From: Candidatus Gastranaerophilales bacterium
GTDB lineage: Bacteria; Cyanobacteriota; Vampirovibrionia; Gastranaerophilales; Gastranaerophilaceae
NCBI GenBank assembly: GCA_944322545.1
Contig: CALUPF010000036.1
Location: 3,427-67,426, forward strand
Length of the DNA: 64,000 nucleotides
Direction of reading: 5' to 3'
The notes under the pieces were generated by a model. That model did no database searches and was not told the DNA's origin. It saw only the letters and a list, made by a program, of their open reading frames with translations. Below are positions 8,760 to 18,045 of this stretch, one piece after another. Within the stretch, counting starts at the first letter, position 1, and the number at the start of each line of letters is the position of its first letter. The position numbers and the translations under genes were made by a program.

Positions 8760-10216
8760 TACTTAACTGCGGCTTTAATTCTTTTAACTACTTTGTCTTT
8801 TCCTAAAAGAACCAATGTAGCAACCATATCAGCACCGTGAGTTCTACCTGTAACAGCTGCTCTGATTGCCCACATAGTTTCTTTAGGTTTGATACCTTGT
8901 TCTTTAAAGTATGTTCTTAAATCAGCAAGTTGGTCGTGGAGTTTTTCTTCATCATCAAAAGCCCATTTATCAAGCTCATTTTCAATGATGTAAGAAAGAA
9001 CTTTCTTAGCAACTTCACCATCTAGAACTTTTTCTTGAACTTCTGGTTCAATTTCAACATCTTCACCAAAGAAATACTTAGTGTCATTTGTTAATTCAGA
9101 CAAAATTGTTATTGGTTCTCTTGTTACTTCAACTATTTTTTGAAGTTGCTCTTCGGTATATTCACTAAGGTCATAGCAAGAAAGATAAGGTTTAACAAGT
9201 TCTGTTAATCTTGCCAAATCCATTTTCTTAATATACTGACCGTTCATCCAGTTTAATTTGTCATATTCAAAAATTGAGTTAGAAGATGAAACTTCACCGA
9301 TTCTGAAATCTGCTGCAATTTCATCCAAAGTTTTAATTTCTTGTCCGTCTGATGGCGACCAACCTAAAAGTGCAACAAAGTTAACAAGTGCTTCTGTTAA
9401 ATAACCTTTTTCAACAAATTCTGAAACAGCTGTAGCGCCGTGTCTTTTTGATAATTTACTTCTATCTGGAGCAAGAATCATACCCAAGTGACCAAACTTA
9501 GGAATTTCAGCACCCAAAGCATTGTATATCATAATTTGTTTTGCTGTGTTAGAGATGTGGTCTTCACCTCTTATGATATGAGAAATTTTCATTTCCATAT
9601 CATCGATTACTACAGCAAAGTTGTAAGTCGGTGTTCCATTAGATTTCATGATAACAAAATCACCGATTAATGAGTTGTCAAAATGCAAATGACCTTTTAC
9701 CATATCATCATAAGAAGTTTCACCTTCAGGAACATGGAATCTGATAGATGGTTTTCTACCTTCTGCTCTTAGTTTTTCTTTTTCTTCTTCTGTTAAATGT
9801 CTGCATTTTCCTGAATATTTATGAGGTTTTTTGTTTTTGATAGATTCTTCTTTTTCTGCATCTAATTCTTCTTGAGTGCAGAAGCATTCATATGCATAGC
9901 CCATTTCAACAAGTTTTTGAGCATATTTTGGATAAATATCAAATCTGTCAGATTGTTGATAAGGACCATAAGGACCACCAACATCAGGACCTTCATCCCA
10001 ATTTAAGCCCAAAGCTTTTAAACTATCGTAAATATTATCGATATAAGCCTGACTTGAACGATCAAGGTCAGTATCTTCAATTCTTAATACATATTTCCCG
10101 TTGTTTTTCTTTGCAAACAAATAGTTAAACAAAGCTGTTCTTGCTGTACCTATGTGCAAATTACCACTTGGCGAAGGGGCAATTCTAACTCTAACTTCGT
10201 CCATTACATTCTCCAT
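8759..10216 (-). CDS. gltX: glutamate--tRNA ligase
   Basis: HIGH-type motif SGNLHIGTART and KMSKS-type KLSKRHG. 485 aa. The ATG at 10204 has a better GGAG RBS and may be the true start. Stop/start TAATG overlap with bioG. Confidence 0.95.
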   Translation of the reverse strand: MENVMDEVRVRIAPSPSGNLHIGTARTALFNYLFAKKNNGKYVLRIEDTDLDRSSQAYIDNIYDSLKALGLNWDEGPDVGGPYGPYQQSDRFDIYPKYAQKLVEMGYAYECFCTQEELDAEKEESIKNKKPHKYSGKCRHLTEEEKEKLRAEGRKPSIRFHVPEGETSYDDMVKGHLHFDNSLIGDFVIMKSNGTPTYNFAVVIDDMEMKISHIIRGEDHISNTAKQIMIYNALGAEIPKFGHLGMILAPDRSKLSKRHGATAVSEFVEKGYLTEALVNFVALLGWSPSDGQEIKTLDEIAADFRIGEVSSSNSIFEYDKLNWMNGQYIKKMDLARLTELVKPYLSCYDLSEYTEEQLQKIVEVTREPITILSELTNDTKYFFGEDVEIEPEVQEKVLDGEVAKKVLSYIIENELDKWAFDDEEKLHDQLADLRTYFKEQGIKPKETMWAIRAAVTGRTHGADMVATLVLLGKDKVVKRIKAAVK

Positions 10217-10299
10217 TTCTTAGTTATCATGTTTATAATTTTACCACTAACAAAATGTAACGATATGTAAATAAATCTTAATTTTTTTAGACATAACTC

Positions 10300-10327
10300 T
10301 AAAGTTCATTAAAAAGTAAGCCGATAT
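10300..10327 (+). promoter_or_regulatory. sigma-28 (FliA/SigD)-type promoter
   Basis: TAAAGTTC-N12-GCCGATAT versus consensus TAAAGTTT-N11-GCCGATAA. The -10 element ends 43 nt before the ATG at 10371. AGGAG RBS in between. Confidence 0.55.
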
Positions 10328-10370
10328 CTATGAAGTGGAAACAAAATGAATTTAAACAGGAGAAGATAAG

Positions 10371-10757
10371 ATGACAAATGAAATCAACAGAATTGGTATC
10401 AACACAGGTTCAGTTAATCCTTATGGCAATCAGCCTAAAGGCGGTGAAGCAAAACCGGAAGAAAGCAAACCGGAAAACACTGCTCCTCAACCTCAAGGTG
10501 CTCAGGTAAATCCTAACGATGTATTAAATTACATGGCACAACAGGCTGTTGTCGTAAATCCAAAAGTTTCAACACCAAAAACTTATGATGTAGCAAGATA
10601 CGTTACACCTGAACAAGCAGCACGTATTGCTGGTTTTGTAACAAGCTTTGAAGATCAAGTTGCACAAGGCTTAATTGCTATCAATGAAGAATTTGGTGAA
10701 AATTCCTCTATCAGTGAAGCAACGAAGTATGAAATAGCCGCAAAAATGGTAGGCTAA
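10371..10757 (+). CDS. FlgM-like protein (candidate anti-sigma-28 factor)
   Basis: N-terminus EINRIGINTGSVNPYGNQ resembles Firmicute FlgM (KINQFGTQSVNPYQKN). C-terminal IAAKMV resembles FlgM IAKNMI. Sigma-28-type promoter upstream and strong terminator downstream. Confidence 0.45.
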   Translation: MTNEINRIGINTGSVNPYGNQPKGGEAKPEESKPENTAPQPQGAQVNPNDVLNYMAQQAVVVNPKVSTPKTYDVARYVTPEQAARIAGFVTSFEDQVAQGLIAINEEFGENSSISEATKYEIAAKMVG

Positions 10758-10800
10758 TCTATAAAAAAATTATCAAAACTTCTCCAACATTCATAGCATT

Positions 10801-10829
10801 GCCCTTAAAGCTAGTTTAAGGGCTTTTTA
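10801..10829 (+). terminator. rho-independent terminator
   Basis: GCCCTTAAA-GCTAG-TTTAAGGGC followed by TTTTT. Confidence 0.8.
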
Positions 10830-10847
10830 TTATGTATAATTTTAATT

Positions 10848-11063
10848 ATGTATATTATTGAATTAATAACAAAATTAATAAAAGAAAAAAACTTAAATAA
10901 AAAACAAGCACCAAACATGCCACTAGAAATTGATTATGAAGAAAAATGCAACCATACATTTTTCCCAATAGACAGCACAAATGAAACTCTAGCGTGCTCA
11001 AAATGTGGACTTATCATCAAAAGTAGCGAGTTAAACATTAAACCTAAAAATCCATTTAATTAA
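10848..11063 (+). CDS. small zinc-ribbon-like protein (71 aa)
   Basis: C-x-H ... CSKCG pattern (CNHTFFPIDSTNETLACSKCG). TATAAT lies 7 nt upstream of the ATG, so the mRNA may be leaderless. Confidence 0.4.
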   Translation: MYIIELITKLIKEKNLNKKQAPNMPLEIDYEEKCNHTFFPIDSTNETLACSKCGLIIKSSELNIKPKNPFN

Positions 11064-11215
11064 CCCAAAAGATAACTTATTATTGCAAAAAATATATATT
11101 CTAAACCTATGTAAAGATGTTAGGTTTTCATGTTTTATTTACTAAGAGTTTAAAATATAATATCTAGTAATAAAAATTTTATATATATTTCAACATTTCA
11201 GAGGAAGGGTTAACC

Positions 11216-11824
11216 TTGGCTTCATCATTAAATCCCCAAAATGGGCAAAAAAAATTTCAAAATTTCTCCGTCGAAACAGTAAGAAATTTATTAAATGTAG
11301 ATAACAAAGGCATTGCAAAACTTTGTGCTCAGGTTTCAATGATGCCGAAAAAAGATCAATATGGCAGAACTTATTTTTCAAAAGATGATGTTGAAATGCT
11401 CAGAAGAGTAAAAAGTCTTCAATCACAGACAAAACAAGAAAAACGTTCTCACGTGTCTGTCCCTGTTAAAGCAATTAGCCCAATAAATACTAACAAACCA
11501 ATTGTGAATATGCCCATACAGACTTCATCTACAACAGCAGTAGACAAAATTTGCACTTCACTAGCATCTATGGAAGACAATTTGACTGAAAAAATGTCTA
11601 AATTGCTTGATGAAAAGCTAACAGAAAAGTTAGATGAAAAACTAGATGGAATGGATGAAGTTGTAGTTGAGCTTGTAAGATGCAAAACAGAAAATGAAAC
11701 TTTAAGATATAAGATGAATGAACTCAACAAAGAAGTTTATAACCTTAAAAACGAGTTGAACAGATATAAGGCTTTGGGATTTGGATTGTACATCAAAAAA
11801 TCTGGTGACTCATCTTTAATTTAA
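11216..11824 (+). CDS. MerR-like HTH protein with C-terminal coiled coil
   Basis: FSVETVRNLLNVDNKGIAKL...GRTYFSKDDVEMLRRVKSL fits the MerR HTH pattern. The C-terminus has EKL heptad-like repeats. TTG start after GAGGAAGGG. Confidence 0.55.
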   Translation: MASSLNPQNGQKKFQNFSVETVRNLLNVDNKGIAKLCAQVSMMPKKDQYGRTYFSKDDVEMLRRVKSLQSQTKQEKRSHVSVPVKAISPINTNKPIVNMPIQTSSTTAVDKICTSLASMEDNLTEKMSKLLDEKLTEKLDEKLDGMDEVVVELVRCKTENETLRYKMNELNKEVYNLKNELNRYKALGFGLYIKKSGDSSLI

Positions 11825-11870
11825 CAAAAAACTTAATTGTATATATTTCTTCTTGTGAGAAAATAATCGT

Positions 11871-12488
11871 ATGAATAACTATGTATACAAACTAGACGGA
11901 AAATTATACATCAATTTGACCAATCTTTGCACTAACGATTGTGTTTTTTGCATAAGGTCAATTAAAGATGATGTTGTTGGAGCAAATTTATTTCTTGATA
12001 GTGAAAAATTGGATGTTGAAGAAGTAAAACGCCAACTTGATGCAATCGAACCTGAGAAATATCAAGAGATTGTATTTTGCGGGTATGGTGAACCAATTTT
12101 AAAACTTGAAGAGCTAAAGGAAACTGCTAAATATATCAAAACAAAATATCCACATCTTAAAACAAGAATCAACACTAACGGACACGGAAATTTAATTTAT
12201 AAAAGAAATATAGTTCCAGAATTAAAAGGCTTAATCGATAGCGTTTCTATAAGTTTCAACGGTGAAAACAAAGACATTTATGATAATATTTCATTGCCTA
12301 AAATTGAGAATGCATACGAAGGAATGAAAGAATTCATCAAAGAATGCGTAAAAGAAGGTATTGAAACAACTGCGACAATCGTTACCGGATACAAAAACTA
12401 CAAAGTAGACTTAGACAGTTGTAAAAAACAAATAGAAGAACTAGGTGCAAACTTTAGAGAAAGACCTTGGTTAGATAACGGATATTAA
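11871..12488 (+). CDS. TatD-associated radical SAM protein family
   Basis: N-terminal YINLTNLCTNDCVFC (CxxxCxxC). Length of about 205 aa is typical of this family. Confidence 0.7.
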   Translation: MNNYVYKLDGKLYINLTNLCTNDCVFCIRSIKDDVVGANLFLDSEKLDVEEVKRQLDAIEPEKYQEIVFCGYGEPILKLEELKETAKYIKTKYPHLKTRINTNGHGNLIYKRNIVPELKGLIDSVSISFNGENKDIYDNISLPKIENAYEGMKEFIKECVKEGIETTATIVTGYKNYKVDLDSCKKQIEELGANFRERPWLDNGY

Positions 12489-12494
12489 AAACGA

Positions 12495-12524
12495 AAAGCT
12501 GGTTGATACAACCGGCTTTTTTTA
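12495..12524 (+). terminator. rho-independent terminator
   Basis: GCTGGTTG-ATA-CAACCGGC followed by TTTTTTT. Confidence 0.7.
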
Positions 12525-12651
12525 ATTAAACACATAAAGGTTTGAATAAATATTTTGTTCGTATGATAATTATAGAGGTGGATAAAAACTAATCGTGACT
12601 TTTGAAATTTAATTGTGAAAACAAATAAAACCCAAAAAGAAAGGTAAACAC

Positions 12652-14817
12652 ATGTTAAAAGAACAACTAGACAAAATTATGCGTCCAAAAGCTATTGCAG
12701 TTGTTGGTGCATCTACAAAGGACCACACTATTGGTTCTGACATCATGAAAAGATTAAAAGAATACAAATTCACAGGAAACATTTATCCTGTTAACCCTAA
12801 AGGTGGCGAAATCGAAGGTTTCAAAGCTTATACAAACGTTAAAGAAATCCCTGGCGAAGTTGACTTAGCAATCATCGTTATCGCTCAAAAATTTGTATTG
12901 CAAGCAATTGACGATTGCCATGAAAAAGGTATTAAAGGTATTTGTATCATCTCTGCAGGCTTTAAAGAAGCTGGTGAAGAAGGTGCAAAAGCTGAAAAAG
13001 AATTAGTTCAAAAATTAAAAGAATACGGTATGAGATGTGTTGGTCCAAACTGCTTAGGCGTTGTAAATACAGCTCCAGACATCAGAATGGACGGTTGTTT
13101 TGCTGAATCTCTTCCTGAGAGAGGAAACATCGGTTTCGTTTCTCAATCAGGTGCTTTAGGCGGCGGTATCTTGAACATATTGAAAGACCTTAACCTAGGT
13201 TTTGCTCAATTCATTTCAATCGGTAACCAAGCTGACGTTAACGCTGAAACAGCTATGGAATACTGGGAAAACGAAGACGATGTAAAACAAATCTTGTTAT
13301 ACATGGAATCTATCCAAAACCCTGCTAACTTCAGAAAATTAGCTACAAGAATCACTAAGAAAAAACCAATCCTTGCTTTAAAAGCAGGTCGTTCTGCAGC
13401 AGGTGCTTCAGCAGCATCTTCTCACACTGGTTCTTTGGCTGGTGCTGACAAAGCAGCTAACGCTTTATTAATGCAATCAGGTGTTATCAGAGAATACTCT
13501 TTGAAAAACTTGTTTGCTACAGCTAAAGTTTTTGCAACATCTCCAATTCCAAAAGGAGACAGAGTTGCTATCATTACTAACTCAGGTGGTCCTGGTATCA
13601 TGGCTACAGACGCTGTTTGCGAATACGGTATGCAAATGGCTAAACTTTCTGATGCTACAAAAGAAAAATTAAGAAGCTTCTTACCGGCAGCAGCAAGTGT
13701 TAAAAACCCTGTAGATATGATTGCTTCAGCTCCTATCGAACACTATAAACAAACACTTGAAACAGTTATTGCTGACGAAAACGTTGATATGATTGGTGTT
13801 ATCTACTTGCCATTCTTAGGCTTGAAAGATATCGACGTAGCTCAAGCTTTGATGGAAATTAAAGCTAAATATCCTGAAAAACCAATCATCGGTATTTTCA
13901 TGACTAAGAGCGAATTCTTCACAAAACTTTCTAACATGGATGTTAATATGCCGTTCTTTATGTACGCTGAAGAAGCTGCTGACGGATTTAACAGACTTAA
14001 CCAACAAAGAAAATGGATGGAAAGACCTGAAGGCAAAATGCCTGTTTATGATGTAGATAAAGCTAAAGCTGAAAAAATCATCAAAGCAGCTGTTGCTGAC
14101 GGACGTGCTCAATTAACTACATTGGAATCAATCGATGTATTGGATGCTTATGGCATCAGAGCTTGCAAATACGGTCTTGCTACTAATGAAGAAGAAGTTG
14201 TTAACTTAGGTAATTCAATCGGATACCCAGTTGTTATGAAAATGACTTCTAAAACAACTTCTCACAAAACAGATGTTGGCGGTGTAAGAGTTAACATCCA
14301 ATCAGAAGAACAATTAAGAGCAGAATACAAAGACTTAATTGCAAAATTAACAGAAAAAGGACTTATCGACGGTCTTGAAGGTGTAATCATTCAAGAAATG
14401 GTTAAAGGCAACCGTGAAATGGTTTGCGGTATTGCAACAGACCCACAATACGGTCCTATGATGATGTTCGGTTTGGGCGGCGTATTCATTGAAACAATGA
14501 AAGACGTTACTTTCAGAATCGCTCCATTAACAGATGTTGATGCTGATGAAATGATTAAATCAGTTGAAGCATACGAATTGTTAAAAGGTGCTAGAGGTAC
14601 TAAACCTGCTGATATGGCTCAAATCCAAGAAACTCTATTGAGATTGTCTCAAATGGTTAATGACTTCAAATTCATTGATGAATTGGATATCAACCCATTG
14701 CTCATCTCTGAAAAAACAGGTGAAGGCATTGCTGTTGACGGACGTATCAAAGTTAGAGTTGAAGAAGTTAAAGAATACTTCGGATGCGGCAGCGAATGCT
14801 GTTCTTGCGGAAAATAG
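12652..14817 (+). CDS. ADP-forming acetyl-CoA synthetase / acetate--CoA ligase family (fused CoA-binding + ATP-grasp)
   Basis: IAVVGAS CoA-binding start, succinyl-CoA-synthetase-like GPNCLG and SQSGA, catalytic His region SSHTGSLAG, C-terminal ATP-grasp. Ends in the Cys-rich tail GCGSECCSCGK. Confidence 0.85.
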   Translation: MLKEQLDKIMRPKAIAVVGASTKDHTIGSDIMKRLKEYKFTGNIYPVNPKGGEIEGFKAYTNVKEIPGEVDLAIIVIAQKFVLQAIDDCHEKGIKGICIISAGFKEAGEEGAKAEKELVQKLKEYGMRCVGPNCLGVVNTAPDIRMDGCFAESLPERGNIGFVSQSGALGGGILNILKDLNLGFAQFISIGNQADVNAETAMEYWENEDDVKQILLYMESIQNPANFRKLATRITKKKPILALKAGRSAAGASAASSHTGSLAGADKAANALLMQSGVIREYSLKNLFATAKVFATSPIPKGDRVAIITNSGGPGIMATDAVCEYGMQMAKLSDATKEKLRSFLPAAASVKNPVDMIASAPIEHYKQTLETVIADENVDMIGVIYLPFLGLKDIDVAQALMEIKAKYPEKPIIGIFMTKSEFFTKLSNMDVNMPFFMYAEEAADGFNRLNQQRKWMERPEGKMPVYDVDKAKAEKIIKAAVADGRAQLTTLESIDVLDAYGIRACKYGLATNEEEVVNLGNSIGYPVVMKMTSKTTSHKTDVGGVRVNIQSEEQLRAEYKDLIAKLTEKGLIDGLEGVIIQEMVKGNREMVCGIATDPQYGPMMMFGLGGVFIETMKDVTFRIAPLTDVDADEMIKSVEAYELLKGARGTKPADMAQIQETLLRLSQMVNDFKFIDELDINPLLISEKTGEGIAVDGRIKVRVEEVKEYFGCGSECCSCGK

Positions 14818-14833
14818 TTTTTTAAAACTATAA

Positions 14834-14868
14834 AAAAAGAGGTCAGATAATCTGGCCTCTTTTTATTT
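14834..14868 (+). terminator. rho-independent terminator
   Basis: AGAGGTCAGA-TAA-TCTGGCCTCT followed by a T-run. Confidence 0.75.
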
Positions 14869-14932
14869 TTAATATTTTGCACCTTAAAGATATTTCTTGT
14901 AAAATTATTACAGACACAATTTTTACGGGGTA

Positions 14933-16018
14933 TTGAGTTTGAAAAATTTGACATTAAAAGCGACAGCTGTCGGAAGCCTTCCACACAAAAATGCAAAAGA
15001 TGCCATTACATTAGTTTTTGACACTTTCAAAGAAATTCCGTTTTGGCCTCAACTTGCTGGTGTTAACAAAAAAGAAGATATGACAGTGCAATACATTCAA
15101 GGAATACCCGGCATCAAATATGATGATGAAAATGAAAAATATATCTACGATGCACAATCAGATGAATTTTTTGAAGAACTAGAAGAATTTTTCATGGACT
15201 ATGAAGCAATAGTAAATGAAAAAGACTTCACAAGCCTTGATAAATACGCAATAACAGCCCCATACACAAGCTCAATTCCTTTATACCTCGAAAAACTAAA
15301 AGAAGGCAATTTTGAATATGCAAAATGCCATATTATAGGTCCTTTCACTTGGGGCACAAGTTTATGCGACAGTGAAAATGTGTGTGCTTTTTATGATGAA
15401 ACATATCGAGAAGTTTTAGTGAAAGGCTTAACATTAAAAGCTGTATGGCAAATTGAACAAATTAAAAAATACTCTCCAAACACAACACCAATAATGTTTA
15501 TGGATGAGCCTGTAATGTCTCAATATGGAACATCAGCATTCATTACAGTACAAAAAAGTGATATCATAGACGCCCTTTCAGAAATATCTAACATCATTCA
15601 AGACTTTGGAGGATTAAGTGCAGTCCATTGCTGTGGCAAATCTGATTGGGATATTTTAATAGATTCAAAAATAAATATTTTAAACTTTGATGCTTACGCA
15701 TACACAAAAAGCCTTGAGCCATATGCTAAAAGCATAGACAAATTTCTTCAAAATAATGGCTACATTGCTTGGGGGATTGTGCCAACACTAGACAAAGAAG
15801 CTCTTGAAAAAATCACACTAAAAGAACTCGAAGAAAAATTTGAAGAAGCAATAAATGATTTGACTAAAAAAGGCATAGATAAAAAACTTTTAATCAACCA
15901 AAGCTTTTTCACACCATCATGTGGAGCAGGCGGATTATCAATGGAATTAGCGAAAAAGGCGATGACTCTTGTCAATGACTTATCAAAAGATTTAAAAGTG
16001 AAACACGGGGTAAATTAA
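14933..16018 (+). CDS. MetE-C-terminal-like (Meth_synt_2 / URO-D-like) putative zinc methyltransferase
   Basis: Motifs parallel to cobalamin-independent methionine synthase: FMDEPV (MetE xDEP), VHCCG (MetE HxC), TPSCGAG (MetE PDCG). TTG start. Stop overlaps the next gene's ATG. Confidence 0.6.
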   Translation: MSLKNLTLKATAVGSLPHKNAKDAITLVFDTFKEIPFWPQLAGVNKKEDMTVQYIQGIPGIKYDDENEKYIYDAQSDEFFEELEEFFMDYEAIVNEKDFTSLDKYAITAPYTSSIPLYLEKLKEGNFEYAKCHIIGPFTWGTSLCDSENVCAFYDETYREVLVKGLTLKAVWQIEQIKKYSPNTTPIMFMDEPVMSQYGTSAFITVQKSDIIDALSEISNIIQDFGGLSAVHCCGKSDWDILIDSKINILNFDAYAYTKSLEPYAKSIDKFLQNNGYIAWGIVPTLDKEALEKITLKELEEKFEEAINDLTKKGIDKKLLINQSFFTPSCGAGGLSMELAKKAMTLVNDLSKDLKVKHGVN

Positions 16019-16770
16019 TGACATTATCAATTGCAATCACAGGAAAAAGTGGAAGCGGCAAAACTACCATCACAAAAAACTTTATAAAAGTTTTAAAAGA
16101 AACATATCCCGAAAAATCAATATTACTTTTTGACAACGATTTATCCACAGAACTAGCTCATAGCTATGGAATGGATGTAAGAAACACGATTTACGGCATA
16201 AGAAGCGGTAAACACGAATATAAAACAGGCATTCCATCAAAAATGACAAAACAAGAATATATTGAATGGGCGCTAGAAGATATTATCGTTGAGGTAGAAG
16301 AGAATGTTGACTTAATTGTATCTTGGTTAGTCCCTTCAAAAGACTGTCGCTGTCCAATTACAGGACAAATTAGTTACGCAGTTGGTAAATTAATAAACCA
16401 ATATGACATAGTTGTCTTTGACTGCGAGTTTGACTTAAAGTATCTTCATCAGCTTGTTGATATTCCTATGGATGTAACTTTAATAATCGCTAATGCAACT
16501 GAAGAATCAATTTTTCTTGCACAACGTATTGAAGAATTTTCTGCAAAATATGCAGCAGGCGGGCAAATGGCTCTTATATTAAATAACGTTGAAAATGAAC
16601 AATACAATAAAATCCAAGAATATTTAAGCAAGTACAGCCTTGAGGTTTTAGGCATAATTCCTAAAGACAAAGAACTTTGCAATCACTCAATTGATAAAAA
16701 TTCAAAAATTGTTGAAGATGCAATAAAATCATTGTATTTCAGATTGAACTTGCCACAAGCTATGAATTAA
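16018..16770 (+). CDS. CooC-family P-loop ATPase (metallocentre maturation-type) with CxC motif
   Basis: Walker A ITGKSGSGKTT, DCRCP (CooC-type C-x-C-P), FDCEFDLKYL and VLGIIPKDKEL, all collinear with remembered CooC1. TAATG coupling to the upstream gene. Confidence 0.65.
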   Translation: MTLSIAITGKSGSGKTTITKNFIKVLKETYPEKSILLFDNDLSTELAHSYGMDVRNTIYGIRSGKHEYKTGIPSKMTKQEYIEWALEDIIVEVEENVDLIVSWLVPSKDCRCPITGQISYAVGKLINQYDIVVFDCEFDLKYLHQLVDIPMDVTLIIANATEESIFLAQRIEEFSAKYAAGGQMALILNNVENEQYNKIQEYLSKYSLEVLGIIPKDKELCNHSIDKNSKIVEDAIKSLYFRLNLPQAMN

Positions 16771-16780
16771 AGGAAAAATA

Positions 16781-17629
16781 ATGACAAAAATTATAGACGG
16801 AAAACTTGTATCACAAAAAATATTGGAAAATATAGCGGATGAAATTTTATTTCTTGAAAAAAAACCGTCACTAGCTGTAATAATTGTTGGAGAAGATCCA
16901 GCGAGTAAAATTTATGTCAATCTTAAAAAGAAAAAAGCAACTGAACTAGGCATCAATTCAACTGTAATTGAAATGCATGAGACAACTACGGAAGAATCTC
17001 TTTTAAATAAAATTGAAGAGTTAAATAACGACGAAAAAACTAATGCAATTCTTGTACAGCTACCACTTCCAAAACATATAAACACAACTGCTGTTATTGA
17101 AAAAATTAACCCTAAAAAAGATGTTGACTGTTTTCATCCTTATAATGTGGGTAAAATTGCAACTAATAATAAACCATATGTATATCCTTGCACCCCCAAA
17201 GGCATATTAAGTCTTCTTGAATACTATGACATTAACCCTGAAGGGAAAAAGGTTGTTATCATAGGACGATCAAACATTGTTGGAAGACCGATTGCACTGA
17301 TGTTGTTAAATAAAAATGCAACAGTTACAATTTGTCATAGCAAAACTAAGAACCTAGAAGAAATAACCCAAACAGCTGATATACTAATTGCAGCAGTTGG
17401 AAAAACAAAACTTGTTACAGAAAATATGGTTAAAACTGGTGCTGTTGTAATCGATGTTGGTATGAACAGAGATGAAAACGGAAAATTATGCGGAGATGTA
17501 GACTTTTCAAATGTCAAAGAAAAAGTCTCTTTTATAACACCTGTACCAGGTGGAGTTGGTCCTATGACAATATGTACGCTAATGCATAATACCCTTGAAT
17601 TAGCAAAACAACAAAATGCTATAAATTAA
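16781..17629 (+). CDS. folD: bifunctional methylenetetrahydrofolate dehydrogenase/cyclohydrolase
   Basis: KIIDGK start, VQLPLP, GRSNIVGRP, PVPGGVGPMT. Confidence 0.95.
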   Translation: MTKIIDGKLVSQKILENIADEILFLEKKPSLAVIIVGEDPASKIYVNLKKKKATELGINSTVIEMHETTTEESLLNKIEELNNDEKTNAILVQLPLPKHINTTAVIEKINPKKDVDCFHPYNVGKIATNNKPYVYPCTPKGILSLLEYYDINPEGKKVVIIGRSNIVGRPIALMLLNKNATVTICHSKTKNLEEITQTADILIAAVGKTKLVTENMVKTGAVVIDVGMNRDENGKLCGDVDFSNVKEKVSFITPVPGGVGPMTICTLMHNTLELAKQQNAIN

Positions 17630-17691
17630 ATCAGCGTTGATATAAAAACAAAAATATAATATAATTTTTTATATAGTTTGAAGGTGAACAA

Positions 17692-18039
17692 ATGGCAAAA
17701 CACAACGATACAATTCCAATAGAAGTATGCATATTAACAGTAGATCACGACATTAAAGGAACTGTGCACGTTTCTAAATATACAAACACAAATCGTGAAT
17801 TAACTGACTTGTTAAATGATAAAGAAAGAAGATTTTTGGCTGTAACTAACGTTGAGATTTATCCTCGCAACTCAAATCAGCCACCAAGACGTTATAACTT
17901 CCTTGAAATCCACATGGATTATGTTTTGATGGTTCATCCATCTTCTCAAGTTGTATTCAAAGAATCATCAAAAGCTCAAGAAGATATCGCAAGATTTAGA
18001 GAATTAAGAAATAAATTAAGCCAGACAAAACCATTTTAG
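17692..18039 (+). CDS. hypothetical small protein (115 aa)
   Basis: ORF with a GAAGGTG RBS. 6 nt upstream of the GT9 gene. No confident family assignment. Confidence 0.55.
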   Translation: MAKHNDTIPIEVCILTVDHDIKGTVHVSKYTNTNRELTDLLNDKERRFLAVTNVEIYPRNSNQPPRRYNFLEIHMDYVLMVHPSSQVVFKESSKAQEDIARFRELRNKLSQTKPF

Positions 18040-18045
18040 GAAATT

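Noticed and set aside
10217-10370. T-box or other leader riboswitch upstream of gltX (and likewise in the 74-nt region upstream of pheS, 50861-50934)
   Set aside because: The leaders are too short (about 150 and 74 nt), and I could not see a specifier-loop or T-box consensus (AGGGTGGNACCGCG-like).
13816-14112. Antisense ORFs inside the acetyl-CoA synthetase gene (13816-14112, 13842-14036)
   Set aside because: They are embedded in a strongly supported CDS, with no RBS and no motifs.
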